Positions 20,212-32,292 are shown, numbered from the stretch's first letter. The stretch: 64,000 bases of DNA from Alphaproteobacteria bacterium (GCA_965227515.1 CBDDFZ010000001.1:2080001-2144000), one strand, 5' to 3'. Notes: a model not told the origin generated them from the sequence alone. Numbers and translations are program-made.

Positions 20212-21228
20212 ATGAGCGAAATGTCTGTTCCGACCAACTGGATCGTGGCGGCGGCGCTGTCGGCTGTCGCGCTGGTGTTCGCGGCGGTGCCGGCCGCGGC
20301 CCAGTCCAACACATGCGAGTACGCCTATGACGGCGAGTGCGACGAGAGCTTCGGCACCGGGATCTGTGCGGAGGGCACCGACACCTGGGATTGCCGGCGT
20401 ACAGGCCCGCCGCCAGGGCCGGAAAGCTGCCCCTACAGCCGTGACGGCGAGTGCGACGAGCCGGGCGGTACCATGGTGTGCATTCCCTTCACCGACACCG
20501 CCGATTGCCGTCGCGAGGGCATCGATCCGAACCGGGTGTTCTTCGGCAGCGACGACAGGTTCTATCCCGACGTCACCGTGATGCCGTGGCGCGCCATCGG
20601 CCAGATCACCTATGTCAGCGGCGGTCATTGCAGCGGTGCGCTGGTCGGGCCGGACCTGGTGCTGACCGCCGCGCACTGCATGTTCGGCGGCGAGGGGCCG
20701 GGCGGCCGTGACGAGCCGTTGCAGTTCCTGGCCGGTCTGTCGGGCCCCAATGCCGTCGACTTTGCCAATGTGGTCGGCATTTACATGCCGCCCGAGTACG
20801 ACGACCGGTTGCACTCCGAGACGTCCGATATCGACGGCTACGACTGGGCCATTCTCACCTTGGACCAGCGTATCGGCGACCGCCTTGGCTGGCTGGACGT
20901 TGAGCCGCTATCCGCCGGCGAACTGAACAAATGGGTCAGCCAACGGACCCCGATCATGCAAGGTGGCTACAGCTACGACAGCAAGTCGTTCCTGTCCGCC
21001 AACCAGGGTTGCCATTTGCTGGACGTCTGGTCGGACAACACGGTGTTCCACCAGTGCGACACGCTGGTCGGCGATTCCGGGTCGCCGCTGTTTATCGCGG
21101 TCGACGGCGGCTACCGCGTCATCGGGCTGGAGTCAGCTACCTATCCCAACGACCAGTCGCAGTTCGACGACAACATGGCCGTCGACGCGCGCGCGTTCTG
21201 GCAGGCCGTTCAGCAGTTTGCCCAGTAG
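20212..21228 (+). CDS. Secreted trypsin-like (S1) serine protease with two N-terminal Cys/Asp-rich repeats
   Basis: Signal peptide; CSGALV, TAAHC, YDWAIL and GDSGSP; two C-x-Y-x-x-DGECDE...C...TD..DC repeats. Confidence 0.88.
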   Translation: MSEMSVPTNWIVAAALSAVALVFAAVPAAAQSNTCEYAYDGECDESFGTGICAEGTDTWDCRRTGPPPGPESCPYSRDGECDEPGGTMVCIPFTDTADCRREGIDPNRVFFGSDDRFYPDVTVMPWRAIGQITYVSGGHCSGALVGPDLVLTAAHCMFGGEGPGGRDEPLQFLAGLSGPNAVDFANVVGIYMPPEYDDRLHSETSDIDGYDWAILTLDQRIGDRLGWLDVEPLSAGELNKWVSQRTPIMQGGYSYDSKSFLSANQGCHLLDVWSDNTVFHQCDTLVGDSGSPLFIAVDGGYRVIGLESATYPNDQSQFDDNMAVDARAFWQAVQQFAQ

Positions 21229-21255
21229 CCACGCCGAAATTCGGGAGGGGACCGC

Positions 21256-22326
21256 ATGCCTGATCGGCACGCATTGATATTCGGGTCGACCGGTATGGTC
21301 GGCCGCAATTTGGCCGAGGTGCTGGTTGAGACGGGAGGCTGGCGGCTGACGGGGACGTCGCGGTCGCAGACGACCGGGCTCGCCGGCATCGACGAGGTGC
21401 ATTGCGACCTGACCGACGCCGCTGGAACACGGGCAGCGCTGTCGGGCGTCGATCCGGTCACCCACGTCTTTTACGCAACCTGGGTGCGCGGCGCCAACGA
21501 GGTGGAGAGTTGCGGCATCAACGAGACGATGATCCGCAACGCGTTGGATGCAGTCCCCGGCGACGCGCTGGCCCACGTGGCGCTGGTCACCGGGCTGAAG
21601 CACTATCTCGGTTCGTTCGAGGACTTCGCCAAGCGGCCGCTCGACACACCGATCGTGGAATCGATGCCGCGGGCGCCCGGCCGCAACTTCTACTTCGAGC
21701 AGGAAGACGCGGTGTTCGAGAGTGCGGAGAAACGCGGCCACACCTGGTCGGTGGCGCGGCCCCACACCATCATCGGCTATGCGCCCGGCAATCTGATGAA
21801 TCTGGGCACGTCGCTGGCGGTCTATGCGACCATTTGCAAGGAGACCGGGCGCCCATTCGTGTTTCCCGGTTCGCCGACCCAGCACGACGGGCTGACCGAT
21901 GTCAGCGATGCCCGCCAGGTGGCCCATCACATGGTCTGGTCGTCCACCGATCCCGCCGCGGCCGACACGGCGTTCAACGTCGCCAATGGTGACTACTTCC
22001 GCTGGCGGATCATCTGGCGGCACATCGCGGCCGCGTTCGGGCTCGAGGTCGCGCCCTATCCCGGCAAGACCCAGCCGATGGTCGACATGATGGCCGACAG
22101 TGCCGAGGTTTGGCGCGGCATTGCCGAGCGCCATGGCCTCGCCGAGCCAGACGTCACCCGGCTGGCGCCCTGGTGGCATGTGGACGCCGATCTCGGCCGC
22201 GATATCGAGGTGATGTGCGACATGGGGCTGAGCCGCGTGCGCGGCTTCACAGGCTATGTGCGCACCCCGGACTCGTTCGACGATTTGTTTGAAAGGTTGC
22301 GAAACGCGAACCTGATCCCCAAATAA
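21256..22326 (+). CDS. PRISE-like (progesterone 5-beta-reductase/iridoid synthase-like) SDR
   Basis: GSTGMVG, VTHVFY, TGLKHYLG, NFYFEQED, WSVARP and FNVANGD. Confidence 0.85.
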   Translation: MPDRHALIFGSTGMVGRNLAEVLVETGGWRLTGTSRSQTTGLAGIDEVHCDLTDAAGTRAALSGVDPVTHVFYATWVRGANEVESCGINETMIRNALDAVPGDALAHVALVTGLKHYLGSFEDFAKRPLDTPIVESMPRAPGRNFYFEQEDAVFESAEKRGHTWSVARPHTIIGYAPGNLMNLGTSLAVYATICKETGRPFVFPGSPTQHDGLTDVSDARQVAHHMVWSSTDPAAADTAFNVANGDYFRWRIIWRHIAAAFGLEVAPYPGKTQPMVDMMADSAEVWRGIAERHGLAEPDVTRLAPWWHVDADLGRDIEVMCDMGLSRVRGFTGYVRTPDSFDDLFERLRNANLIPK

Positions 22327-22375
22327 GCGCGATTGCGGCGCTAACGGCTGAGCTTTCAGCCGGGGAGTATATTTT

Positions 22376-23788
22376 ATGACTCAAAGCCCGCACTCCATGC
22401 CCGTCGCCATTCGCGGCTATATCTGGCTCACCGTTGCTTCGATCGTCCTCGGCATTGTTTCCGCCGTCGCGGCCTCGATGGAATATTCGGTGCCGGGGTT
22501 GTTTCTCCCGCTCATCGTCGGCATTGCCATCCAGGCCATTGTGATCACACTGGTGGTCAAGCGGAAGAATTTCGTCCGCTACATCGTCCTGGTCGTCTAC
22601 GTCCTGGGCCTGATCCTGTCGGTAGGCGACATCGGCGCCCTGTTCGAGCTCCTTCCGCTCAGCGGTGCGATCAGCGTGATCACCTTTATCCTGGGCGCGA
22701 TCGCACTGGCGCTTCTGTTTTCGTCCGAGGCTTCGGCCTGGTTCACCGGCGGGCCTGAAGTTGCGCCGCGCAGTCCGGAGCAGCGCCGGCAAGACGCGCG
22801 CCGACTCCTTGTCGGTGGCGTTGTTGTGACCGGCTTCGTGGCGCTGGTCATAGCCGGCGCAATCGTCATTCCGATGCTGAAGGACTGGGATGCAGTGCTG
22901 GCGGCTTGCCTGGAGGGCACGCCCGAGAACGCCCGTCGGGATGCGGAGAAAGCCTGCGATGAGATCGTCGATGAGGATGATATCGACGTTGCCATGGCCT
23001 TCGCGGCCAACCTGCGCCTCGCCCAGATCGACGAGGGCAAGGAGAACTGGGCCGGTGCGTCCATTCACTATGGCAATGCCGCCGATCTGGATGACAGCAA
23101 CTTCGAAGTTTGGCTGAACGCCGGGATCGCTAACGTAAACCGGGCGTCCCATTATCTGGCGATTCCGCGGCTGGACCACGCCGTGGAACTGCGGCCCGAC
23201 GACCCCGAGGCGCGGCGGTACCGCGGGCTCGCATTGATGCTGCGCGTCTATCAGACCGACGACCTTGGCCGGTTGGACGAGGCGATCGCCGACATGGAGC
23301 TGGCGCAGGCCGATTTCCCCGACGATGTGGAATTGTTGGAGTACCTGGGCAACGCGTTGCGGCTGGCGGATCGATTCGACCAGTCATTGGCAGTGTTCGA
23401 GCATGCGCACGCCCTGGAGCCGGACAACAACCCGGTCATCATGGGCATGGCCATGACCCTGGCCGCTGCCGAACGCTATGAGGACGCGCTGGTCTGGTTG
23501 CGGTCGGATCTGATCCAGGTCGCCGCAAGCAAGCAGGTCGCGGCACTCTTCGTCATTCTGTCCGAGTGCCGGCTGGGCAATTTCGGGGCGGCCGACGAGG
23601 CGTTCGACATCCACCGCGAAAGCGGCAGGCTGTCGATCGGGGTGTGGACCAGCCTGCTTGACGAGTTCGGCTATGGCGAGATCGCAGGGCCGGATGGCGA
23701 GACGACTGGCGAGGAGCCGGTGCTGGCTCAGTACGCGGTCTGGAAGGACGACGGCTGCCCGCTGCCAGACACGGCGTTCTGGGGTTAG
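22376..23788 (+). CDS. Membrane protein with C-terminal TPR repeats
   Basis: About five hydrophobic segments followed by TPR-like helices (AVELRPDDPEARRYRG; AHALEPDN). Confidence 0.7.
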   Translation: MTQSPHSMPVAIRGYIWLTVASIVLGIVSAVAASMEYSVPGLFLPLIVGIAIQAIVITLVVKRKNFVRYIVLVVYVLGLILSVGDIGALFELLPLSGAISVITFILGAIALALLFSSEASAWFTGGPEVAPRSPEQRRQDARRLLVGGVVVTGFVALVIAGAIVIPMLKDWDAVLAACLEGTPENARRDAEKACDEIVDEDDIDVAMAFAANLRLAQIDEGKENWAGASIHYGNAADLDDSNFEVWLNAGIANVNRASHYLAIPRLDHAVELRPDDPEARRYRGLALMLRVYQTDDLGRLDEAIADMELAQADFPDDVELLEYLGNALRLADRFDQSLAVFEHAHALEPDNNPVIMGMAMTLAAAERYEDALVWLRSDLIQVAASKQVAALFVILSECRLGNFGAADEAFDIHRESGRLSIGVWTSLLDEFGYGEIAGPDGETTGEEPVLAQYAVWKDDGCPLPDTAFWG

Positions 23789-23837
23789 GGCGCTTTCGCC
23801 CACTCAGCGTGAGCCGATTGCGATCCAGACGCGCGCG

Positions 23838-24362
23838 TCAGTGAGTCTGGAGTTCCGGCCCCGTGGCACCCGCCGGCATGACGATGACGTCCACGCTCAT
23901 GGGGTCGGTGTTCTCGAACGCCAGGTCGACGGTGAAGGTATCGCCGACCGCGAGCGGGGCGGACACGTCCATCAGCATGATGTGCAGCCCACCGGGTGCC
24001 AGGTCGATTTCCTCGCCCGGCGCGATCGCGAGCCCATCCTCCAGATGGCGCATGCGCATCACGTCGCCATCCATGACCGTCTCGTGAATCATGGTCATGG
24101 CCGCGACGTCGCTGTCGCCGCCCACCAGCACGATCTCGGAATCTGTGTCGTTGACAATGGTTGCATAGACGGCTGCGTTGGCACCGGCCCGCGCGGTCGC
24201 CCGCGCCCAGGCGTCCAGCACGATGACCGAGTTCGTGGTATCGCCCTGATCGTCGCCGGCGTCGTCGCCACGGTCGTCGGCGTGGACGGCCACGGTCGCC
24301 GAGACCAGCACCGTCAGCGCCATCGCGGTGCAGGCCAGCGAGATCCGCGAAAGCCGGCCCAT
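23838..24362 (-). CDS. Periplasmic copper chaperone PCu(A)C
   Basis: AWARAT, AAVY, IHETVMDGDVMRM and LAPGGLHIMLM. Start uncertain; upstream ATGs also exist. Confidence 0.88.
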   Translation of the reverse strand: MGRLSRISLACTAMALTVLVSATVAVHADDRGDDAGDDQGDTTNSVIVLDAWARATARAGANAAVYATIVNDTDSEIVLVGGDSDVAAMTMIHETVMDGDVMRMRHLEDGLAIAPGEEIDLAPGGLHIMLMDVSAPLAVGDTFTVDLAFENTDPMSVDVIVMPAGATGPELQTH

Positions 24363-24603
24363 GCGGCGCTCGAAGTCCTCACGGGCTCGCGCGTGGCGGG
24401 CCTGGGCGAGGCCAGCCTGGGCGCCATGCGGCGTGAATGCATCGGTGTTCTGTACGGAAGCGTCGTGCAATGCTGCCATCTCGTCGCGCCAGCGCCATAT
24501 TGGCGCCGCATGTCTGCTGTACCGGGGTGCCAACTGATATGGTGGCGCACCCTGCGCCCGGCAACCGTTTTTCCGTTTACAGAACGTTAACGCGCAGATG
24601 CGC

Positions 24604-24635
24604 CAACCCGCGCTCCCAGTTTGGAGCGCGGGTTG
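24604..24635. terminator. Perfect 13-bp hairpin between the GH73 and PCuAC genes
   Basis: CAACCCGCGCTCC-CAGTTT-GGAGCGCGGGTTG. Confidence 0.5.
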
Positions 24636-24659
24636 TAGGCAATTGATGTAGTTAGATTT

Positions 24660-25703
24660 TTAAAACCGCGTCGGCTGGACGCGGACCGACTCACCTTCCG
24701 CCAATCGCGCGGTGGTGAAATCCTCCAGCTCGTTGCTGGTCATGATGTTGCGGATGTAGCTGATGTAGTGGTGCGGGTTCTCCGCATACCGCGTCAGCGT
24801 GCCGATCAGCGCGTAGGCATCCAGCGGCTGGCCGGCGGCGCGCATCCGTGCCCGGTCGGCGCGGAACTCGCGATAGGCCGGGTGCGTGTTCAGGTTCATG
24901 GTGTAGGCCACCACCGATTCGAGCAGGCTGTCGAACCGCCTGATCGAATGGGTCGCGCCGGCGGACCGGTTGGCCGGCACGATGCCGGCCGCGCCCCACG
25001 TGTACTGGCCGAACATCGCGTTGCCTTCGCGGGCGAAGCGCGAGCGCCCCCAGCCGCTCTCGGCGATGGCCTGGGCCAACGCCATCGGGGTCGGAACGAT
25101 ATCCACGCGGGTCAGCAGCGCATCCAGGTCTTCCAGCGTCACCATCACCGCGGTGCCGTCCTCGGCCGGCTCGATCACCGCATAGAGCTGCGCCAGCTCG
25201 ACCAGCCACTGCATCTCCCCGGTGGAGGGGATGTTGCCGGCCACCAGCCGGTCGCGCAGGCTGATGATCATCGCGCGGTCCGCGGCAATCGCCTCGTTCA
25301 CCCGCAGCACCATCGGCAGGACGGTGCGGATAAACAGGCCCTTTCGTTCGGAGATCGGCCCAATGTCGGTCCAGCCGACCGGCAGGCTGCTGAGGAACAG
25401 TCGCGGCACCTCGGCCTGTTGCGCACGCACGCTGGCGATGTCGTATCCCAGCACATCGTGCAGGCTGCCCACTTCCTGTGCGTTGGCAACGAACACCATC
25501 GATGCGCGTTCGGTTTCCGACCAGTTCAGCAACGGCAGAATGAAGCCGTTGGTTGCGGTCGCAATGGCGACATTGTTGTCGCCGTTGGCGCCATTGTCCG
25601 CAGGAATGTCCAATGCCTGGGCGCCGGTGGCACCCGTGAGCAGGAAAACAAAACCCACTGCGGCGCACGACGCGGTGCGCCACCCATTCATCATGTCTGT
25701 CAT
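24660..25703 (-). CDS. Bax-like GH73 glucosaminidase-domain protein
   Basis: Signal peptide; RKGLFIRTVLP, LAQAIAESGWGRSRFAREGNAMFG, NLNTHPAY and RYAE. Confidence 0.88.
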   Translation of the reverse strand: MTDMMNGWRTASCAAVGFVFLLTGATGAQALDIPADNGANGDNNVAIATATNGFILPLLNWSETERASMVFVANAQEVGSLHDVLGYDIASVRAQQAEVPRLFLSSLPVGWTDIGPISERKGLFIRTVLPMVLRVNEAIAADRAMIISLRDRLVAGNIPSTGEMQWLVELAQLYAVIEPAEDGTAVMVTLEDLDALLTRVDIVPTPMALAQAIAESGWGRSRFAREGNAMFGQYTWGAAGIVPANRSAGATHSIRRFDSLLESVVAYTMNLNTHPAYREFRADRARMRAAGQPLDAYALIGTLTRYAENPHHYISYIRNIMTSNELEDFTTARLAEGESVRVQPTRF

Positions 25704-25786
25704 TTTTCATCTCGCCGCCGCCTCACTGGCGGTCGGCGTCCCGACCCTGTTGTCCTAGTTCTCAGGTGTCATTGCCGCCAAGCCCA

Positions 25787-26341
25787 TCAGGCGACGGCAC
25801 GCACCTCGATCACCTCCGGCACGTAGTGTTTCAACAATTGCTCGATCCCCATCTTCAACGTCGCCGTAGAACTTGGGCAGCCCGCGCACGCACCCTGCAT
25901 GTGCAGATAGACAATGCCGTCTACAAACCCGTGGAACAGGATATCCCCCCCGTCCTGGGCCACAGCCGGTCGAACCCGGGTATCGAGCAACTCCTTAATC
26001 TGTACGACGATGTCATCGTCGTCCTCATCCTCCGCCGCGTCGCCCTTGGCCGTGGTCCCCAACACCGCTGGCTCGCCGGACATGAAATGATCCATGATCG
26101 CGCCGAGCACGGCCGGCTTCATGCGAAACCAATCCTGGCCGTCGGTCTTCGAGACGGAGATGAAGTCGTTCCCCAGGAACACCTGGGTAACACCGCTGAT
26201 CCCGAAGATGCGCCGCGCCAGCGGCGAAGTTTCGGCCTCGTCAACCGAGGCAAAATTGGCGGGGTCACCGCCAACTACCTCGCGACCGGGCAGAAACTTG
26301 ATCGTCGCCGGATTTGGGGTCTCTTCGGTTTCAATAAACAT
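25787..26341 (-). CDS. NifU/Nfu-family Fe-S cluster carrier
   Basis: MFIETEETPNPATIKFLPG, VRPAVAQDGGD and GACAGCPSS. Confidence 0.95.
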   Translation of the reverse strand: MFIETEETPNPATIKFLPGREVVGGDPANFASVDEAETSPLARRIFGISGVTQVFLGNDFISVSKTDGQDWFRMKPAVLGAIMDHFMSGEPAVLGTTAKGDAAEDEDDDDIVVQIKELLDTRVRPAVAQDGGDILFHGFVDGIVYLHMQGACAGCPSSTATLKMGIEQLLKHYVPEVIEVRAVA

Positions 26342-26517
26342 CGCGGCATCCCGGCAAGCTATAGCTTACCTGTTGTTAACCGAAGCGACTCTGGTCATCG
26401 CGCGGTCGGAGTCAATTGGCAAAGCATTACGAAGCTGTAGGGTTTGCCTAACCCATTGAATTCAGTAGATCGCGCCGCGACCCGTGCGCGGTTGTTGCAC
26501 AGGCCGGCATAGCCCGA

Positions 26518-27537
26518 TCAGCCGCCGGACGGCACCGGCGCGTCCTCGCGCAACAATCCCTCGTGCTTCAGCTCCGCCCACAGGTCGGCCGGGATCGGGC
26601 GCTCCATCGCCTCGATATTGCGCGTCACCTCATAGGGGGTGACGGCGCCCGGCACAATGGACGAGATGTTCGGATGGCCGAGCGGGAACTGCATCGACGC
26701 CGCCGCCAACGGCGTGTCGTGGCGCTGGCAGACCGCCTGGATCGCGCCGACCCGCTGCAGGATCTCTTCGGGTGCATCGACGTAGTTGTACTTGGCGCCA
26801 GGCACCGGGCCGGTGGCCAGGATGCCGGAGTTGTAGGGGCCGCCCAGCATGATCCCGATGTTGCGCTCGGCGCACAGCGGCAGGAAGTCGTCCAGCGCGC
26901 CCTGCTCCAGCAGGGTGTAGCGCCCGGCGAGCAGAAAGCAGTCGAAGTCGCCGTCGCGCGCGAAACGGGCGCACAGGTCGGCCTCGTTGATGCCGACGCC
27001 GATCGCCTGCACCGCGCCTTGCGCGCGCATCTCCGACAGCGCCTTGAAGGCGCCGTCCATGGCGATCTTGTAGTGGTGTTCCATCTGGTCGCCATGGGTC
27101 CACACATCGCAGTCGTGGATCAGCAGGATGTCGAAGCGCGAGATGCCCATGCGCATCATCGACTGCTCCACCGAGCGCCAGGTGGCGTCGTAGCTGTAGT
27201 CGAACACCAGGTCGAACTCGAGCCCGCTGTTCCATTGGCCGCGATCCTCGGTCGCCGGGCGCGGCGGCATGTAGCGGCCGACCTTGGTGCAGAGGTGATA
27301 GCTGTCGCGCGGGCGCTGGCGCAGGTTGAAGCCGAACCGCATCTCGCTGGTGCCGTAGCCGTACAGTGGCGCCGTGTCGAACAGCGCGATGCCGCCGTCG
27401 CAGGCGGCGTCCAACGTCGCCTGGCAAACGCGCTCGTCCACCGGATGGTAGACACCGCCGATGGGCACGCCGCCGAGACCGAGTATGGTGACGTCGAGGC
27501 CGGACGTGCCGAGGGTGCGTCGGTCGGAGACCTTCAT
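26518..27537 (-). CDS. Aldo/keto reductase (aldose/pyridoxal dehydrogenase-like)
   Basis: FDTAPLYGYG, TKVGR, FDYSYD, IHD, LAGRYTLLEQ and GGPYNSGIL. Confidence 0.9.
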   Translation of the reverse strand: MKVSDRRTLGTSGLDVTILGLGGVPIGGVYHPVDERVCQATLDAACDGGIALFDTAPLYGYGTSEMRFGFNLRQRPRDSYHLCTKVGRYMPPRPATEDRGQWNSGLEFDLVFDYSYDATWRSVEQSMMRMGISRFDILLIHDCDVWTHGDQMEHHYKIAMDGAFKALSEMRAQGAVQAIGVGINEADLCARFARDGDFDCFLLAGRYTLLEQGALDDFLPLCAERNIGIMLGGPYNSGILATGPVPGAKYNYVDAPEEILQRVGAIQAVCQRHDTPLAAASMQFPLGHPNISSIVPGAVTPYEVTRNIEAMERPIPADLWAELKHEGLLREDAPVPSGG

Positions 27538-27673
27538 GGCGGTGTTCCTGTAATGCGTGATGGGTGTGCGCGAGGCCGGCGCAGTCTGGACCAGGCGCGT
27601 GGTGCGATCAATCTCGGCTTTGGGTCGACCGCGCGCCTTGTATGCACAAAGACCCGATGGCGTATTCGATGGC

Positions 27674-27702
27674 TTGATGGGGGAGGGGCACCTATGTATA
27701 AG
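27674..27702 (+). promoter_or_regulatory. Sigma70-type promoter of tRNA-Pro
   Basis: TTGATG-N17-TATAAG ending 9 nt before the tRNA. Confidence 0.6.
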
Positions 27703-27711
27703 GCCGGCAGT

Positions 27712-27788
27712 CGGAGTGTAGCTCAGCCTGGTAGAGCACCGTCTTCGGGAGGCGGGGGCCGGTGGTTCGAATCCACTCACTCCGACCA
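27712..27788 (+). tRNA. tRNA-Pro (anticodon CGG)
   Basis: 77-nt cloverleaf: acceptor CGGAGTG/CACTCCG, D arm, anticodon stem CCGTC/GGCGG with loop TT-CGG-GA, GGTTCGAATCC T arm and encoded CCA. Confidence 0.97.
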
Positions 27789-27860
27789 GACTGCCTGCAC
27801 ACATCTCCCACCACATCGATGCCACCCGTCCATATGGCGCACGTCACCGCGGGAGCACGC

Positions 27861-28730
27861 GTGAGCGAAGAGGTGCCCCAGGGCCGCGCGGGCGACGCAT
27901 GCGTGCCCCGAACGACCCCGGTACGCTTGCAGCGCGCGGTCGGCCGCATCGAGGCGGGTTTCCAATTTGACGGCACGACCACCCGGGTGCACCGGGGCTT
28001 CCAGTCCGGCTGCGGGCGGCTGCGCTTTCCGCGCCAGCACGACGGGCTGACGCCGACCGGCGTGATGCTGAACACGGCCGGCGGGCTCACGTCGGGCGAC
28101 CGGTTCGATGTCTCGGCTGACGTTGGCGCCGGCGCGGCGGCGGCGATGACCACCCAGGCGGCGGAGCGCGTCTACCGCTGCAACGGCCCAGCGGCCAAGG
28201 TCGCCAACACCCTCAACATCGAAGGCGGCGGGCGCCTGGATTGGCTGCCGCAGGAGACCATTCTGTTCGACGGCTGCAACCTGGAGCGCACGACCGCCGC
28301 GACCATGGCCGGCGACGCGACCCTGACCGCCACCGAACTGGTGGTCTATGGGCGCACCGCCATGGGCGAACGGGTGACCGACGGCCGGTTCGCCGACCGC
28401 TGGCGCGTGGTGCGCGACGGCCGCCTGGTCTTTGCCGACACCACCCGGCTGGCGGGCCCCATCGCCGACACCTTGGCGCTGCCGGGAGTGGCCGGCGGCG
28501 GCATCGCGGTGGCCCTGATTTTGCACGTTTCGCCGCGGGCATCGGCCCTGTTGCCCGACGTGCGCCAGGCATTGTCACATGCCGAAGGGCCGGCGGGCGC
28601 CAGCGCGTTCGACGGCATTCTGGTCGCGCGTGCGGTGGCGGCGACGGCGGCGCGGTTGCGCGCGACCGTGCTTGAGGTTATGGCCGTAGTGCGCGATGGC
28701 TTGCCGCCGCCACGCAGTTGGATGGTGTAG
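27861..28730 (+). CDS. ureD: Urease accessory protein UreD
   Basis: [31 protein letters not shown] and GRTAMGE. Start uncertain (GTG 27861 after GGGAG, or ATG 27819/27834). Confidence 0.9.
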   Translation: MSEEVPQGRAGDACVPRTTPVRLQRAVGRIEAGFQFDGTTTRVHRGFQSGCGRLRFPRQHDGLTPTGVMLNTAGGLTSGDRFDVSADVGAGAAAAMTTQAAERVYRCNGPAAKVANTLNIEGGGRLDWLPQETILFDGCNLERTTAATMAGDATLTATELVVYGRTAMGERVTDGRFADRWRVVRDGRLVFADTTRLAGPIADTLALPGVAGGGIAVALILHVSPRASALLPDVRQALSHAEGPAGASAFDGILVARAVAATAARLRATVLEVMAVVRDGLPPPRSWMV

Positions 28731-28756
28731 CGACAAGAGTCTCAAGGGGAGGGGAC

Positions 28757-29059
28757 ATGCAACTGACACCGCGGGAGAAGGACAAGCTCATGGTCGCCAT
28801 GGCGGCGAACGTGGCGCGCCGCCGCCTGGAGCGTGGCGTGAAGCTGAACCACCCGGAAGCGATTGCGCTGATCACCGACTTCGTGGTCGAGGGCGCGCGC
28901 GACGGCCGCCCGGTCGCCGAGCTGATGGAAGCCGGCGCCCACGTGATCGGCCGCGACCAGGTGATGGAGGGGATCGCCGAGATGATCCACGACGTCCAGG
29001 TCGAGGCGACCTTCCCCGACGGCACCAAGCTCGTCACCGTCCACAACCCGATCCGCTGA
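28757..29059 (+). CDS. ureA: Urease gamma subunit
   Basis: [11 protein letters not shown]...LNHPEA...[18 protein letters not shown]. Confidence 0.98.
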   Translation: MQLTPREKDKLMVAMAANVARRRLERGVKLNHPEAIALITDFVVEGARDGRPVAELMEAGAHVIGRDQVMEGIAEMIHDVQVEATFPDGTKLVTVHNPIR

Positions 29060-29069
29060 GGGGGCCGCC

Positions 29070-29396
29070 ATGATCCCGGGTGAAGTCATTCCCGCCGACG
29101 GCGAGATCACGCTGAACGCTGACCGCGCGGCGGTCACCATGACCGTCGCCAACACCGGCGACCGGCCGGTGCAGGTGGGCAGCCACTATCATTTCGCCGA
29201 GACCAATCCGGCGCTCGATTTCGACCGCGAGGCCGCGCGCGGCATGCGGCTGGACATTCCCGCCGGCACTGCGGTGCGGTTCGAGCCGGGGCAGAGCCGG
29301 GAGGTGACGCTGGTCGCCTATGCCGGCGAGCGCGCCGTTTACGGATTCAATCAGCGGGTCATGGGCCCGCTGGACCCATCAGGCTCGGAGGGCTGA
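29070..29396 (+). CDS. ureB: Urease beta subunit
   Basis: [20 protein letters not shown] and [15 protein letters not shown]. Confidence 0.98.
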   Translation: MIPGEVIPADGEITLNADRAAVTMTVANTGDRPVQVGSHYHFAETNPALDFDREAARGMRLDIPAGTAVRFEPGQSREVTLVAYAGERAVYGFNQRVMGPLDPSGSEG

Positions 29397-29399
29397 GCG

Positions 29400-31112
<1,713 letters not shown>

Positions 31113-31191
31113 CCCGGACACATGAAGACGAGCATTTCCGCTGCCGATACCCGAGCCGCCGCCATTCAAGCCGCCCTCACTGCGATTCCGA

Positions 31192-31644
31192 TTGATCGCG
31201 GCGGGGTTTCTGCTGGTGGTCCTCGCGGTACTGGCCGGGCTGTTCTACGTCCTGTCGATTTCGGCGGATCATGCGGCGGTCTATGCGGCGGCGGTGTTCG
31301 CGATAAGTGGCTGCGCCATCTGGCTGGTCGGCCGCCACAATGGCAATTTCCGGCGCTGGCGCGCCCTGGTGCGCGAGACGATGGCGGGCGAGTCCCGGCG
31401 TCAGGCGTGGGCCCTGGCCAACCGGGATCTGCCGCGGGTCAAACGACAGTCTCGCCTGATCGGCCTGGCGTTGACGGCGGCGGGCGTGCTGATGGCGATC
31501 GCCATCGCTGCGGCGCTGATCATCGGCGACCTGACATCTTACCGCTTCACGCTCTTCATTCCACTGGTCCTGCTCGCGGCGGGCTTGTGGATGCTCGTCA
31601 CCGGTCGTCAGCCCGATCCGCGCCGTGGCAAGGCGAAGCGATGA
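31192..31644 (+). CDS. Small four-TM hypothetical membrane protein inside the urease operon
   Basis: Four hydrophobic segments and GC3-rich codon usage; fills the gap between ureC and ureE. Confidence 0.6.
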   Translation: MIAAGFLLVVLAVLAGLFYVLSISADHAAVYAAAVFAISGCAIWLVGRHNGNFRRWRALVRETMAGESRRQAWALANRDLPRVKRQSRLIGLALTAAGVLMAIAIAAALIIGDLTSYRFTLFIPLVLLAAGLWMLVTGRQPDPRRGKAKR

Positions 31645-31725
31645 GTTCGAGGGGCCGGCGTGCGGCCGAAGGCGCAGCGTTACGTCCTGTCTTGAGGGCA
31701 AATGCTCTCAATGACCAACTCACAC

Positions 31726-31812
31726 CGTCATGCCCGCACTTGTTGCGGGCATCCACGTCTTTGCAACGGCTGATGCAAGTCGTGGATGGTCGGGACAAGC
31801 CCGACCATGACG
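31726..31812. repeat. CGTC-tagged REP doublet, family A, copy 1
   Basis: CGTCATGCCCGCACTTGTTGCGGGCATCCACG...CGTGGATGGTCGGGACAAGCCCGACCATGACG. Confidence 0.85.
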
Positions 31813-31833
31813 CGGGGTGCTAGGTTGAGTGCA

Positions 31834-32292
31834 ATGACCCGCGCAACCACGGTGCTCCCCAGCGGCGAATGGGACGGAGCGGGTGCCATCGACCGCGTCG
31901 TGCTCGACTACGACCACCGCTGCCGCCGGCGCATTGCGCTCACCACCGAGGGCGGGCGCGACGTGCTGGTCGACCTGCCGCATGCGACGGTGCTGCGCGA
32001 CGGCGACGGGCTCGGCGTGGAGGACGGTGGTGTGATCGCGGTCGCCGCCGCACCGGAGCCGCTGGCCGAGGTGACCTGCCCCGACGCAATCGCGCTGGCG
32101 CGCATCGCCTGGCATCTGGGCAACCGCCACCTGCCGGTCGCCATCGAGGATGGCCGCATCCGCCTGCGCCGCGACCACGTGATCGAGGACATGCTGGCGA
32201 AGATGGGGGCGGCGGTGGCTCATGTGGAGGCGCCGTTCGACCCGGAAGGCGGCGCCTATGGCGCGGGAGCGGTGCATGGCCACAGCCACTGA
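31834..32292 (+). CDS. ureE: Urease accessory protein UreE
   Basis: LRDGD, AWHLGNRHLP, DHVIEDML, PFDPEGGAY and a short His tail. Confidence 0.95.
   Translation: MTRATTVLPSGEWDGAGAIDRVVLDYDHRCRRRIALTTEGGRDVLVDLPHATVLRDGDGLGVEDGGVIAVAAAPEPLAEVTCPDAIALARIAWHLGNRHLPVAIEDGRIRLRRDHVIEDMLAKMGAAVAHVEAPFDPEGGAYGAGAVHGHSH

Noticed and set aside
17563-23788. S8/amidase/trypsin/PRISE/TPR run as a biosynthetic or defence operon
   Set aside because: Mixed predicted localisation, no precursor peptide, transporter or sensor ATPase; only co-orientation supports it.
27712-27788. tRNA-Pro as the att site of an active island or prophage
   Set aside because: No integrase, duplicated tRNA 3' end or compositional shift was seen downstream.
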